Both the position numbers and the translations under genes were made by a program. The notes beneath the pieces are model-generated. The model saw only the letters and a list, made by a program, of their open reading frames with translations. It was not told where the DNA came from and searched no databases. Below are positions 20,901-27,900 of a DNA stretch of 64,000 bases, in pieces; position 1 is the first letter of the stretch; each line of letters starts with the position of its first letter. Source of the DNA: an uncultured Gammaproteobacteria bacterium (lineage in GTDB: Bacteria > Patescibacteriota > Microgenomatia > JAMCZE01); the NCBI GenBank assembly GCA_964609775.1, contig CAZSSJ010000001.1, forward strand, positions 22,858 through 86,857, written 5' to 3'.

Positions 20901-21923
20901 ACGGTTGCTTATCAGACAAGCGGAATTGCGGATTTTGGGGAATGGATGAAAGTTTCTTCGGATTTGACTAATTTGTCTAATTGGACCAATTTGGTTTCTC
21001 CGGGGACGATTGTTTGTCAAAGCGCGGATGGGGTGGAGCCCTGCGAGGCGAGTGAGTCGGCGAGGATGGCGGGGGTGACTTCTGACACGACGGCGTTTTT
21101 GGGAGGAGAGGAGAAAGACGGAAGCGTGGTTGTCGGAATGTTGGGACAAATTCGAGTGAAGATCGCAACGGACTCAGCGCAAATTGAGCCGGGTGACGCG
21201 ATTGGGGTGGCGATCGCCGGTTTGGGAAAGAAAATTACGTCACGGGGATATGTGGTCGGCCGGGCGATGGAATCATGGTCCTCCGGACAAGAGAAAGTCT
21301 TAGTTTATGTCAACCCCGGTTACTTTGAGGGCCCCGAGTCGCAGCTGGCGTCGAAACTCTCGGTGGATGAGATTCAGGAACAGGTGGCGTCGATCAGTGC
21401 AAATTTGACTAATTTGTCTAATTGGTCCAATTTGAACAGCGACGAATTTGCGACGGTTTCGGGAAACCTGAAAGTTTTGGGAATGACGGAGCTTTCCAAC
21501 ACGACGATTGGCGGGTCGCTCACTGTGGGACTGGTCCATGTTGATGATTTGCTGGGCGATGTTTCCGGTTTGAATGGGAGTTTGAGTTTGCAAAACGGGA
21601 TGCTGACAATTAGTCAAATTGGACAAATTGGTCAAATTGGGGTTAACGGCGATTTGACAGTTTCCGGGGAGTTGACGGCGAAGAAGATTAACGTGCCGAC
21701 GGGAGTGGCTGGGGCCTCGGCGGGCAAGGCGACGATTCTTGCTGGACAAAGCGAAATTGAGATTACGACCAGCGCGCTTAGTGCTAATTCCTTGATTTTT
21801 GCGACACCGGAAGACGTGCCGGTGGCCGTCTCGACGACCAAGACAGCGACAGACAAGTTTAAGATCAAACTGGACTCCCCTGCGGGGGCAAACATCAAAA
21901 TTAATTGGTGGATAATCAATTAG
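5946..21923 (+). CDS. Giant repetitive surface protein (5,325-aa precursor; 3,069 aa after removal of six inteins)
   Basis: Single uninterrupted ORF with a GTG start. Many ...DLFTASSSGLNRFVITQNGNVGIGT... repeats. C-terminal ...GMLGQIRVKIATDSAQIEPGDAIG... module. Confidence 0.9.
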   Translation: MDRNKAKGKYKKLLKIGEAAAVLGVSIDTLRRWDQEGKLSSIKTPGGTRYYSLGDLRKINPEVGEIIKTEKQERAFDLTALSEEARREYLESPIGSRGGQLARPGQSKRISGVSYPSQVAKEAEAGLRARKLALGAALAAVVIGLVATGVVALRGTGLFRGDLVKTGSEREGAGEVLAITAGKSFLEIGAETVFKDRVDFGGSADGFSVFGGDTVSRRLTVTGADVALDQSLTASSSPTFASLKLSGTSDQIVVGGNGTLTWTPTAARTVTFPDATGTVVLDTATQTLSNKSLSGSSNTFTNIPNSALSNSKITINAGTNLGGGGDVSLGSSVTIDLDDAISLTSATFSGTLGVGGTASVGGQIILDGATAEINATNNRPLDLGFENTGAVRFLNSTNYVDSNNNLYINGVLVAGPTTQGYWQRNSGALAPTNITDSLVVGGTATASGKFQVYGLSALNPVASISGSSSKAAFIVDNTVGDLFTASSSGLNRFVITQNGNVGIGTSAPAYKLDVNGSTNIANGLTIAAGNLTLTGSQSIDATGILSIGTSNQTSLLIGRVGAPTTIYGSSVTISSSTFSSNAATISGTLGVGGEASFSAKIILDSPTSEINATNRRYLDLGFMNTGGVRFLNDTNYITPSGDLYLAGSLISSGTQAGFWQRPASTGALAPINITDSLLIGGTATSSAKFQVYGLSALNPVASISASSAVAGLMVDNTVGDLFTASSSGLNRFVITQNGNVGIGTTAPVGLLDVAATAPFVITSAGQVGIGTTSPVGLLHVQGACVTGDTLIRVRRRKKKKNGDWEDEWLDLPIKQLKAGDEVMTLDERTGEFTTSVVRELMDKGIKTTFKLMTADGKSIRTTAEHPYLVQESGSPDSNFLSGLTFASVKKISQDYYFTVLSGRKVAVKALDGEIVHFTSEGFSHITHEKKSEFEIMTRLFALSKVLTVLETGVKVSQKDRKIVNGKVNDYWTLEEVVEGVLTKVVVRSIEDGPKQFLSVVWKDKTPEATKNVGDVASRILQRRGRMVTSQRRAHEKFYTTILADLSRGVWGYRGISLAQDLVSKKKWVKVRFLKPGMEIATFGPDGRISWQKIESIEKVGEEQVYDIEVENTHNFVAGHYIDNTNQRALISQEGEILLRYLSFEQKEAEEQGDHDQSKTNLETIEKFCQVNHDFLLQLSKITADSRQIVAEPILPVNTQASLMAKSPKSSPAAKSINKEEKILRTETLIEESIEKVENLVNRYRKGEIRFGGIVAHNTTGKALVDLNYTGTDQAILTASVSGTTKFVINNSGQVGVGTGANNNTLLADVDLRTLTNTVPVASIAGSTGVAALVVDNVSGDLFTASSSGLSRFVIDRGGNVGISSTAPSQKLDVVGAVRLGANGGANDILNTTVGGSAPSGVLYWGNRTLCDTSGNCSGVGGIVAGSGVQYYISKWTDASGTTIGDSLLYDPGTSVGLNTTSPAAIFDIRGTQGTSALSGTLPVASISGKTSFAAVVVNNDSTVGDLFTASASGLSRFVITNTGNVGIGTALPAQLLSVAGAIQLGSGLGANDVLNTAAAGGVPSGLLYWGSREVCDASGNCAGVGGQVQGTGTQNYITKWNNAGGTAIGDSLLYDSGSAVGLGTTSPLGTLHVVGQCVVSGTRIRRRRRRRGYGARGAEEWVEEEVPIEEIEPDDEIVSLNVEKGRFEWHKVEKTLNKGLLAGMALSTSTGKRIVTTGKHPYLMIDKPEITQGTFEVDQSIKVEDLGKATIVGFALGKLAFAVKLRQQDKKLIRSGFQKAGKEDLFAPLTFANVVVNLFRAAQIYPARIALDEEYTGFFGEIKDIIKKSFPDAEVFETNLKDSSAAHQRVWAVNKGRAKEDVLLVLEGGELKERPGVKSTLSGRPLPLNGYRGTSQPIGLYYGEFYHRGANLSTPSTSSGLIARKTELSRARWAKAGDIRVGQYVATEDGFEKVTGISDAGRVLMYDLSVANTHNFLANGIVAHNTGTMAIATVSGATSFAALTVDNSGVGDLFTASSSGLNRFVITQNGNVGIGTTAPVGLLDVAATAPFVITSAGQVGIGTTSPVGLLHVQGACVTGDTLLKRRRKKWRTRRSAPTEMGPDPEGDAESTKKSAYADLVNQIGLLNGWLDTLTGNISDGDEIVKDQMGMDLPGVEPGRLGVSSQPSKPARPMPMNSIADDGDYYWEDVRIDEIEAGDEVMTLDEKSGEFVASTVKQLMVMGNKKIIKLTTESGKTIRTTEKHPYLVKVKGENQKTAFAFIDETGITLDPGQHHLGVGALNKKEDGALKDTFCQGGGKVFWRQVSTLKPGMLIATVDGFEKIIRIEELPEEMVYDIEVENTHNFVAGHYVDQASQTALKAEEEKFLCLYQQNTLTREFSLFDLTEENPSQKKGNKPQSNSYPGSDIKLIQSGDHMFSNSQSSNLMAIQLQSVAKMRFAVKAKMGLDEANDAKAPNMNPVDRFESIDETTLTWLGRILKENSINLTLDEALCLINKYESGEIVYGGIVAHNTTGKALANLNYTGTDQAIFTASQGGVLKFSLNGIGTEHTASVAGTTSKAALIVDNTIGDLFTASSSGLARFVITQSGNVGIGSAAPSVALDVTGAGKTSGAFTVGNNLTVTAGGLTVTAGNIALTGSQTIDGTGTLTIGGTSQTSLALGRSGAQTTISGGPVVVNGASFASAGTTTFTGGNVGIGTTTVTDFALEMGGSIGPVTTDQYDLGSAALEWNNLYVKNIISTGTTAGFWQRASGVLAPQNITDSLIIGGTATSSGKFQVYGLSALNPVASISGSSAVAALMVDNTVGDLFTASSSGLNRFVITQNGNVGIGSTVPVSRLDTGGGTISLNGGWLSNDGGAEGVFVKTDGNVGIGTSAPAYRLDVVHTTPTAANGSVSPDQIGLRVNRAHYVGTPGPYPNAVYGVLGQGQAGQGSASVSYSNTVGARGVAGQAIVNVTGGASVTGASSLYALNATITAGTLSNQYGLYVESLSGASNNYGVYVAGNNSSYFGGNVGIGTTSPVGLLHVQGACVTGDTLLKRRRKRKSKYGDWEEDYWEDIRIDEIEAGDEILTFDETTGGFTASQVRELMDMGKKTTFKLVTEGGKEIRTTANHPYLVKSANTSNFFNETFKVVAEIARAYYFATLTSWDPIAPALNNERISISEEGWHHLHHKARSRGEMLTRYFALPKAAALLASKEARVTYEPGGDGVSEFWSLYGTVDDVQVKVVVRSVNKGPKYFYSVIWKSEVKEDTKKRAASCLYPQCGGVITPQLFNERIIDQMSDFVKKRKRDYQLGSYLSGEDSTTKWVKVKQLKPGMEIATVGGDDQISWQKIKSIEKIGEEQVFDIEVENTHNFVANGIVAHNTTGKALANLNYTGTDQAIFTASQGGTLKFALNGTGTDFTASVAGTTSKAALIVDNTVGDLFTASSSGLNRFVITQNGNVGIGMATPSATLEVRKGPIPSTFDSSLALYSAGQFVNTNTNWYDTELNLLDTRDQAAGVGGRLAFGGVYRQVGTTNVTTFAAIGGYKENSTSGDYAGYLSFETRPNGGIFTEQMRVSSAGNVGIGTTSPVGLLHVQGACVTGDTLIRVRRRKKKKNGEWEDEWLDVPIKDIQAGDEVATLDEKTGEFIVSKVKQLMNMGRKVVFELLTESGKVVKTTENHPYLVDQSGKQMVSDLSAIQKETYEFAEKLGKKYYVNNLAGRKVKSRALGEFVEFSHSGWNHFVEKSHSINELITRFFALPRVVTVIRSSPHVTSYNIVEKKDMTIEYWELQEIIDHVLVKVLVCAVDGGPKFFLTCTWLGTKENEGVKPTKKELSLSPRSREMQDQLGRRRELVIPQLFSRVIIPKKVKWVKVKDLTVGVTIATKDGWEKVVSIKKLDEQQVYDIEVENTHNFVANGIVAHNTTGKALVDLNTTGDQAVFTASVSGTTKFVINNSGQVGVGTGANNNTLLADVDLRTLTNTVPVASISGSTGVAALVVDNVSGDVFTASTSGLSRFVIDKNGNVGIGSSAPGYKLDVSGTAHVTGAVTLDTALTVANGGTGAQTFTDNGVLFGNLTAAIGATAEGATGQCLIGNTGSAPSWSACTTASGQLWQEALGVVAPLNITDSLIIGKIATPSGAITSGSMQIYGVNNLTPVASISGVSAVAALIVDNTGGDVFTASTSGLTRFVIDKNGNVGIGTTSPDYPLVVVGTASDGTRTLEVKNSVAGSISNFQVTGDGVNARLMALSSSYSSSGAYAADTVVLDDDQGYAAGLTLLARNSSGYIRMFTGGFDDGNERLRINSTGNVGIGTTSPVGLLHVQGQCVIAGTKIKRRKKKEKRRKQDTAGTGPDPVGDWDYEDVPIEQIEPDDEILSLNQEKGQFEWHKVEQTMNKGLLPALALTTSTGKRIVTTAKHPYLAIDRPETTQGTFEVDQSIKIENLGAASIIGFALGKLAFAVKLPQKDKKIILARYQKKNQKDVFAHETFARCVVAAFKIARIYPARIALDEEYTSYFRRIESVIKESFPDSEIFQTNLKDGSAAHKKVWAVNRGILREDAVLSLESGELKERPGVKSTFRMPLPLVGYRGTSHPHGLYYGEFYSTERELSRAKWVKAAEVRKGMCVATEDGFEKVTGISDAGQVAMYDLQIANTHNFVANGIVAHNTTGKALVDLNTTGDQAVFTASVSGNTKFVINNSGQVGVGTGANNNTLLADVDLRTLTNTVPVASIAGSTGVAALVVDNTAGDLFTASSSGLSRFVIDKNGNVGIGTAAPTALVSLANSNYTTQNMLNVAGTSTGLTTGSLASFDWSPTDWSTSSGNLVNINLGSLADTTGNIFNISDDGSSIFSVSPQQIVNSLPTSFNAAGDVAIAYDINFTNPTASYIKSAAPMYLQAGELFNSSDLTLKTFNKGLIVLDPDEAVTIDGAASVSGQLMVGSTTAAPAQFGKFYVTDSNTATSSAFIENTNTAAAISGLVIKLGSTTLDTTSHFVNFLDLNGKMIGNIRAANTTTVAYQTSGIADFGEWMKVSSDLTNLSNWTNLVSPGTIVCQSADGVEPCEASESARMAGVTSDTTAFLGGEEKDGSVVVGMLGQIRVKIATDSAQIEPGDAIGVAIAGLGKKITSRGYVVGRAMESWSSGQEKVLVYVNPGYFEGPESQLASKLSVDEIQEQVASISANLTNLSNWSNLNSDEFATVSGNLKVLGMTELSNTTIGGSLTVGLVHVDDLLGDVSGLNGSLSLQNGMLTISQIGQIGQIGVNGDLTVSGELTAKKINVPTGVAGASAGKATILAGQSEIEITTSALSANSLIFATPEDVPVAVSTTKTATDKFKIKLDSPAGANIKINWWIIN
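5982..6404 (+). other. N-terminal MerR/excisionase-type HTH (aa 13-58) plus a single TM helix (aa 132-153) of the giant protein
   Basis: LLKIGEAAAVLGVSIDTLRRWDQEGKLSSIKTPGGTRYY matches the HTH_17/MerR pattern. LALGAALAAVVIGLVATGVVAL is a hydrophobic span. Confidence 0.6.
8295..9716 (+). mobile_element. Intein 1 (474 aa): class-A insert plus a 133-aa insertion between blocks F and G
   Basis: Starts CVTGDTLI after LHVQGA. Block B TTAEHPYLV, block F VYDIEVENTHNFVAG, ends GGIVAHN followed by Thr. Confidence 0.85.
10854..11900 (+). mobile_element. Intein 2 (349 aa): class-B insert
   Basis: Starts CVVSGTRI after LHVVGQ. Block B TTGKHPYLM, block F MYDLSVANTHNFLA, ends NGIVAHN followed by Thr. Confidence 0.85.
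12171..13475 (+). mobile_element. Intein 3 (435 aa): about 100-aa insertion after block A and a 157-aa insertion between blocks F and G
   Basis: Starts CVTGDTLL. Block B TTEKHPYLV, block F VYDIEVENTHNFVAG, ends GGIVAHN followed by Thr. Confidence 0.85.
15021..16022 (+). mobile_element. Intein 4 (334 aa): class-A insert
   Basis: Starts CVTGDTLL. Block B TTANHPYLV, block F VFDIEVENTHNFVA, ends NGIVAHN followed by Thr. Confidence 0.85.
16671..17642 (+). mobile_element. Intein 5 (324 aa): class-A insert
   Basis: Starts CVTGDTLI. Block B TTENHPYLV, block F VYDIEVENTHNFVA, ends NGIVAHN followed by Thr. Confidence 0.85.
18846..19865 (+). mobile_element. Intein 6 (340 aa): class-B insert
   Basis: Starts CVIAGTKI after LHVQGQ. 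Block B TTAKHPYLA, block F MYDLQIANTHNFVA, ends NGIVAHN followed by Thr. Confidence 0.85.
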
Positions 21924-21971
21924 GCTGGCTTGCCCTGAGCTTGTCGAAGGGTGGATTGTGAATTAACGAAA

Positions 21972-24900
21972 ATGAAACAAATTAGACGGATTAGACTAAT
22001 TGGTCTAATTAGGCCAATTTGGGCAAAAAAATTAGGGATTTTTTTGCTCTCGGCGACGATTATCGTCGCCGGACTGCTCGTTTTCTGGGTGAACAGGAAC
22101 GGGGGGAAGGTCGAGGCGGCGTGGTTTGATGATTCCTGGGGCTACCGGCAGATTATAACTCTCACCAATAACGGGTCGACGCAGACGGATTATCAGGTGC
22201 AGGTGGTGGTGGGGACGGGCGATCTTATTGCCGCGGGGAAGATGCAATCTGACTGCAATGATTTGCGGTTTACGGATCTTTCCGGAAAGGTCCTTTCCTA
22301 TTGGACGGAATATTGCCGGTCAGGGGCGGGGAAAAATTCCTCGGTTTGGGTGACGATTCCCACCCTGACAACGACACCGGCACCTATATATATGTATTAC
22401 GGAAACCCGTCTGCGGCAACGGCGAGCACGTTTCGGTCTTTGCCGACGGGGATTAATTTGGGGGATGGGGCCGATGGGGCGGCGACTGTTTCGGGGACGG
22501 TGAACTTTAATTCGACGACGATTTCCGGACGGACGGAGGCTGATGGAGTCAATCCGGCGTCAACGGTGCTGACGGCGCTGGGGAGCACGACGATTACGGC
22601 GACGGCTGCGGCGGGGCTTTCCGTCGGGGATGAGGTTTTGATTATTAATCTTCAGGGGACGACTTCTGATTACGGAAATGTGGGAAAGTATGAAACGGCA
22701 AGGGTGACGGCGATTAATGGAGCTGTTTTAACTCTTAACCATCCTCTTGTTAATGCCTATGATGGGACGACACAAAAAATCATGGTCCAGCGGGTGCCGA
22801 ACTATTCGAGCGTGACGGTGTGCACGGGCAGCGCCGATCCGGTGGCCGGGTGTGCTTCGGCAGGAACGTTGAATCCTGCATCGTGGTCGAGCGGAAACGG
22901 GACAGGAGGGGTGGTCATGCTACGGGCCACGGGGACGGTGAATGTGGCGGCGTCGGGGAGCATTTCTGGAGCAGGTTTAGGTTATGCGGGAGGGGCGGGA
23001 GGCCCGGCGGGAGCAAAGGGCGGATATGGGGGAGACAGCTATGATGGGGATAATCCGCGAGGCGGATGTGCGGATTCAAGCTGTACGGCCGGGGTGGGTG
23101 GCGGGAAATCTGGGTCGGCGACCGGAGCTTCGCCAAATAGCGGTGGAACCCGCGGTGGAGGCGGCGGAGGGGGATCTGACGGGGCGACTAACGGGACTGG
23201 CGGCGGGGCGGCCGGAGGCGGCGGGGGTTATGGCGGAGGCGGAGGCGGAGGCGGAGCCAATGGTGATGGCTATGTGGCTCTTCCAAGCACTGCGAATGGA
23301 GGAACGGGCGGAAGTGGAGGCTCAACAGGAACTTCTGCGGGTGGTGGAGGAGGGGGTTGCCGGGACAATGATGGTGATAACACAGCCGGGGCCAACGGGG
23401 GAAATGCCGGCAGTGCCGGGTCAAATGGTAGTGCGAGCTGTTCGGGGACGGCAGGCACGGGGGGCGAAGTAGGGTCGGGAGCAACGAGCGGAAGCGGGGG
23501 CGGAGGGGCTGGAGGAGGTCTTGGTTCGGGCGGCGGGGGCGGAGGCGGAGGAACGTATGGCACGGCGGCTTTGACGACAATTTTTTTGGGAAGCGGCGGC
23601 GGGGGCGGTGGAGGGACAACAGCAGGAGTGGACTTTGCCGGAGCAGCCGGGGCGGCAGGCGGAGGAATCGTTTACATCAGTGCCGGGACAGTGACAGTCG
23701 CCGGGGCAGCTTCGGCCAACGGAGCCGATGGGACCACTCCTGACGCGCAAACTGGCAGTGGGGGGGCCGGGGCCGGAGGATCAGTTTTTATTTCAGGAGC
23801 CACAGTGACGCTGGGGAGCAGCTTAGTTTCAGCAACCGGAGGAGCTGCAGGTGCAGCTGATCAGGCAATCGCCGGATCCGGCGGAGGCGGAGTAGGACGG
23901 ATTGCGGTGAATTATTCAACGAGCACCGGTTCGACTAATCCTTCAGCTGGATCCACCTCCACATTGCCGGTCGCCGGGTCGCCATCGACGGAAGAAAAAG
24001 GCAACGGGCCGGTGGCTTTCTGGCACCTTGACGACGGCCAGGGAACAGTAGCCCAAGATTCAACGACGAATGGAAATGCTGGGACACTTTCGGGAACAAC
24101 TCTGCCCAGCTGGCAGACGGAGGACTTGTGCGTTTCGGGCAAGTGTCTCTATTTTAATGGGATTACTTCCAATGTGACGGCGGGGACAGTGAATGCGGTG
24201 CAAACCGTGTCTTTCTGGGTCAGGCCGGCGAGTGTTTCGGCCTCACTGGTGCAGTTGGCAAGCGGGGTCGATGTTAAAGCGGCTTCAGGAGTAGTCGGGA
24301 CTGACGGCTTTACTGCACCGACGATCTATGTCAACGGGGCCAAGGTGACAGGCAGCTCGGCGACGCCGTTTGCAGCCAGTCAATGGAATTTTGTGACGGT
24401 GACGACGGGGACAGGGATTACAGCAAATGCCATTACCTTGGGGAAAATGCAGACGGGAGTGTTAAACGGGTTTTTGGATGAAGTGAAACTCTATCACTAT
24501 GCCCGGAGTGCGGCGCAGGTGAAGGCAGATTATGCCAATTCGGGAATTAATAAAGGGACGGGAAGTGTTCTGGGGGCGGATCCGGATCAAGTGAATCGGA
24601 CGTTATCAAATGGGCTAGTTGGGTATTGGAAGATGGATGAAAGCGGGGCTGGTAGCTGCACAGGCGGAGCCAATGACAGCTGCGATTCATCCGGCAACGG
24701 CAATGACGGCAACTGGGTTAATCAAGCAGCGAACACGGGAGGAAAGTTCGGTAATGGAGTTATCTTTGACGGCGTCAATGACACGGTCGATGTGGCCCAA
24801 TCCAGCAGTCTTAATGGAGTAACCGATGACATTACCGTCTCGGCCTGGATCAAAACCACCGCTACAGGCGGGGGTCTGACCGACAATACATTTATCAGCA

Positions 24901-27900
24901 AAGAGACAGCGGGTTGCGGTTCAGGCTATAGCGACTGGTTTATCCATTTATTAAACGGCACCGTCAAGTTCTGGACATCCGGATCAGAGTGTACGGCCGT
25001 GGCATCCAATGCCACAGTCAATGACGGCAGTTGGCATCTCGTGACCGTGACACGAAAAAGATCAGACGGCAATCATATTATCTATATTGACGGGCAGTAT
25101 GATACTTCAAAAATCGGAAATACCGGTTCAATCGGCAACGCGGAAGATCTTTATTTCGGAACCATAAACGGAACGGCATCAGACTATACCGGTAGTCTCG
25201 ACGAAGTCCGGATCTATAACCGTGTCCTGTCTCCTGCCGAAGTCTCCATTCTTTACCAGTTTGCCGCCGGGCCGGTGGGGTATTGGAAGATGGAGGAAGG
25301 GGCGGGAACAACGGCCGCGGATTCCAGCGGCAATGGCTATACCACGGCGGCATTTACGGGAAACACCGCTTGGACAGCGGGGAAATTTGGCAAAGGGCTG
25401 ACCTTTGACGGAGACGGAGATTACGCCAGCATTACGGATGCTTCCGGAGTAAAGATTGATCTTGGGGCAACGACCGATTCATATACAGTCTCCGGGTGGG
25501 CAAAGACGTCGACCGATGGTTCGGGTAATGCCACGATCGTGGAGAAAAATGATGGATCTGGAGCCTATCCGTTTAGCTTGTATCTGAATTCTTCGGAACA
25601 TGCCTGTTTTCAGATTTCCGACGGGACCAATGCGCCTTCGGCCTGCGGATCGACGGCTTTGAGTGATGGCGCTTGGCATTATCTCACGGGCGTGCGGGAT
25701 GTTGGAGCAGACAAGGTCTATATTTATGTTGACGGGGTGCAGATCAATTCGGCGACGGATTCGACCACGGCCACAGCGGCCAATGGCGATGACACATCAA
25801 TCGGAAACGGCGGAACCTCTTATACAACGAATGATTTTACCGGACAAATTGACGAGGTGAGGATTTACAACTATTCGCGCAGCCCAAAACAAATTATAGA
25901 AGACTTAAATGTCGGGCACCCGACTGGGGGAAGTCCAATCGGCACAGCACATGGCTACTGGAAATTTGATGATGGGCGGGGAACGACAGCTTATGATTCC
26001 GGGGCCAGCCCGAATAATGGAGTTCTAACCAGTATGAACTTAGTGACCTCAGTTGGTATTTCCGGCTGGAACCCGAATGGGAAGTTTAATAAGGCATTAT
26101 CGTTTGACGGGAGCAATGATAACGTGGACTTCGGGGATCTTTCCTACACTGAAGGTGCTTCCAGTTTAAGCTGGAGTTTTTGGGTTAATCCGAATTCGGT
26201 CGCGGCGACGAAGTGTTTGTGGTGTAAATATAATAATGCGGCAACAGAGCGGTCGTGGGCGATTGAAAGCGGAACAACTAATGCTTCGGCGATTAGGGCC
26301 ACGCTGCCAACGAGCACGACGGAAGCGGATGGCACAACATACGGAGAAACACCGACCGGACAACTTAGTGTCGGAGTTTGGACCCACGTGGCAGTGGTCT
26401 ATGACGGAAATGCTTCAGGTAATTTGAACCGGCTGAAGATATATATTAATGGTGTTAAGCAGAATCTGGCTTTTGCCGGGACGATTCCGGCAACGACTCA
26501 GGCCACCACTTCCACGGCTAACGCTGGCGAAAGCTCCGATGGAGCCAGAAATTTTTCAGGCACACTTGATGAGATGAAGATCTACGGCGGGGCGCTGACA
26601 GAGGCTGAAGTGAAGTTGGATTATAACCGAGGGTCGGCAATTTCTTTGGGAGTTTTGGGAACTTCGACGGCCGACGGGAAGACCGCGTCAAGTTCGGCTG
26701 GGTCGGCTTATTGCCTGCCGGGAGATACCACAACGTGTAACCCGCCGGTGGCGGAGTGGCCTTATGAAGAAGGCCAGGGGACGAGCGTGGCTGACACGAG
26801 CGGAAACAACAACACGATGACTCTAAGCGCCGCCAGTCAATGGACGCATGGAGTCATCGGTCGCGGCATCACCTTCAACGGCACGAGCGACACGGCTGAT
26901 TACGGAGATGTGAATAATAAATTTGACAGCGTGACCAAGCTCACGGTGACGGCTTGGTTTAAGAAACCAAGCGTCGGGGGAAAAGTTTATATTGCCACGA
27001 AGGGCAGCGGCGCCAACGCGACACGTTTTGAACTGTCGGCTTTAACTGATGGTTTGATCTATTTTGTTGTCAGAAACGGGGTGTTATCGACAGCGTCCAC
27101 ATATAGCAATGACACGAATTGGCACCATGTGGCGCTGGTTTTTGATGGGACCCAAACGGGCAATGCCAATCGGTTGAAGGGGTTTATTGATGGCACGGCG
27201 CGCGCTCTGACTTTCTCAAACACTGTTCCGAGCTCGACGGGAAACTATGGCACCGCGAAGCTTTATTCCGGCTATCATGAATGGTTTAACCTGTATTCGG
27301 CCGGATATGTTGACCAGATGCGGGTTTTTGATTACCCCTTGACAGCGGCTCAAGTGGCCAACAACTATAACCGCGGCCTGCCTGCATCCTGGTGGAAGTT
27401 TGATGAGTGTCAGGGAACGGTAGCCAATGACTCAATCGCAACCATATCGGGTACGCTAAACGGTGGGACACCGGGAGACTGTAATACCGCAAGTACTGCC
27501 TGGGCCAATGGAAAAACAGGAAAGTTTAATTACTCATTAAAATTTGGCACTACACCCGATCTTACTACAGTGACTTCGACCAGTACGTATCCTTTTAGCC
27601 AAGTCAGCAGCCCTCCGGTATCATGGGGCGGATGGTTTTATCCGACTAGTTCGGTAAACAGTCAGGCATTTATCGATAAAAAGGATCAATTCCGGCTTTA
27701 CACCGACGGATCCGGAAATGCAATCTGCGGGGTGGCAACGGCTGCCGGATCCTACACCGATGCCTCATCGGTGACAGCTCCGATAACCTTAAATACCTGG
27801 AATCATGTACTTTGCACTTATGATGGTACCACTAGCTTGAAAACCTATGTAAATGGAATATTAAAAAATACTTCAACCATCTCTGTCGATATGTTTCTCA

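Noticed and set aside
6296-21919. Dozens of 60-180-aa ORFs overlapping the giant gene in other frames and on the opposite strand
   Set aside because: They lie entirely inside a strongly supported 16-kb ORF, are low-complexity (Pro/Arg/Ser-rich), and are expected by chance in GC-rich repetitive coding DNA.
5946-21923. Giant gene as a prophage tail-fibre gene
   Set aside because: The fibre-like repeats and C-terminal module resemble phage fibres. But there are no capsid, terminase, portal, integrase or other phage genes nearby, and the protein has its own TM anchor.
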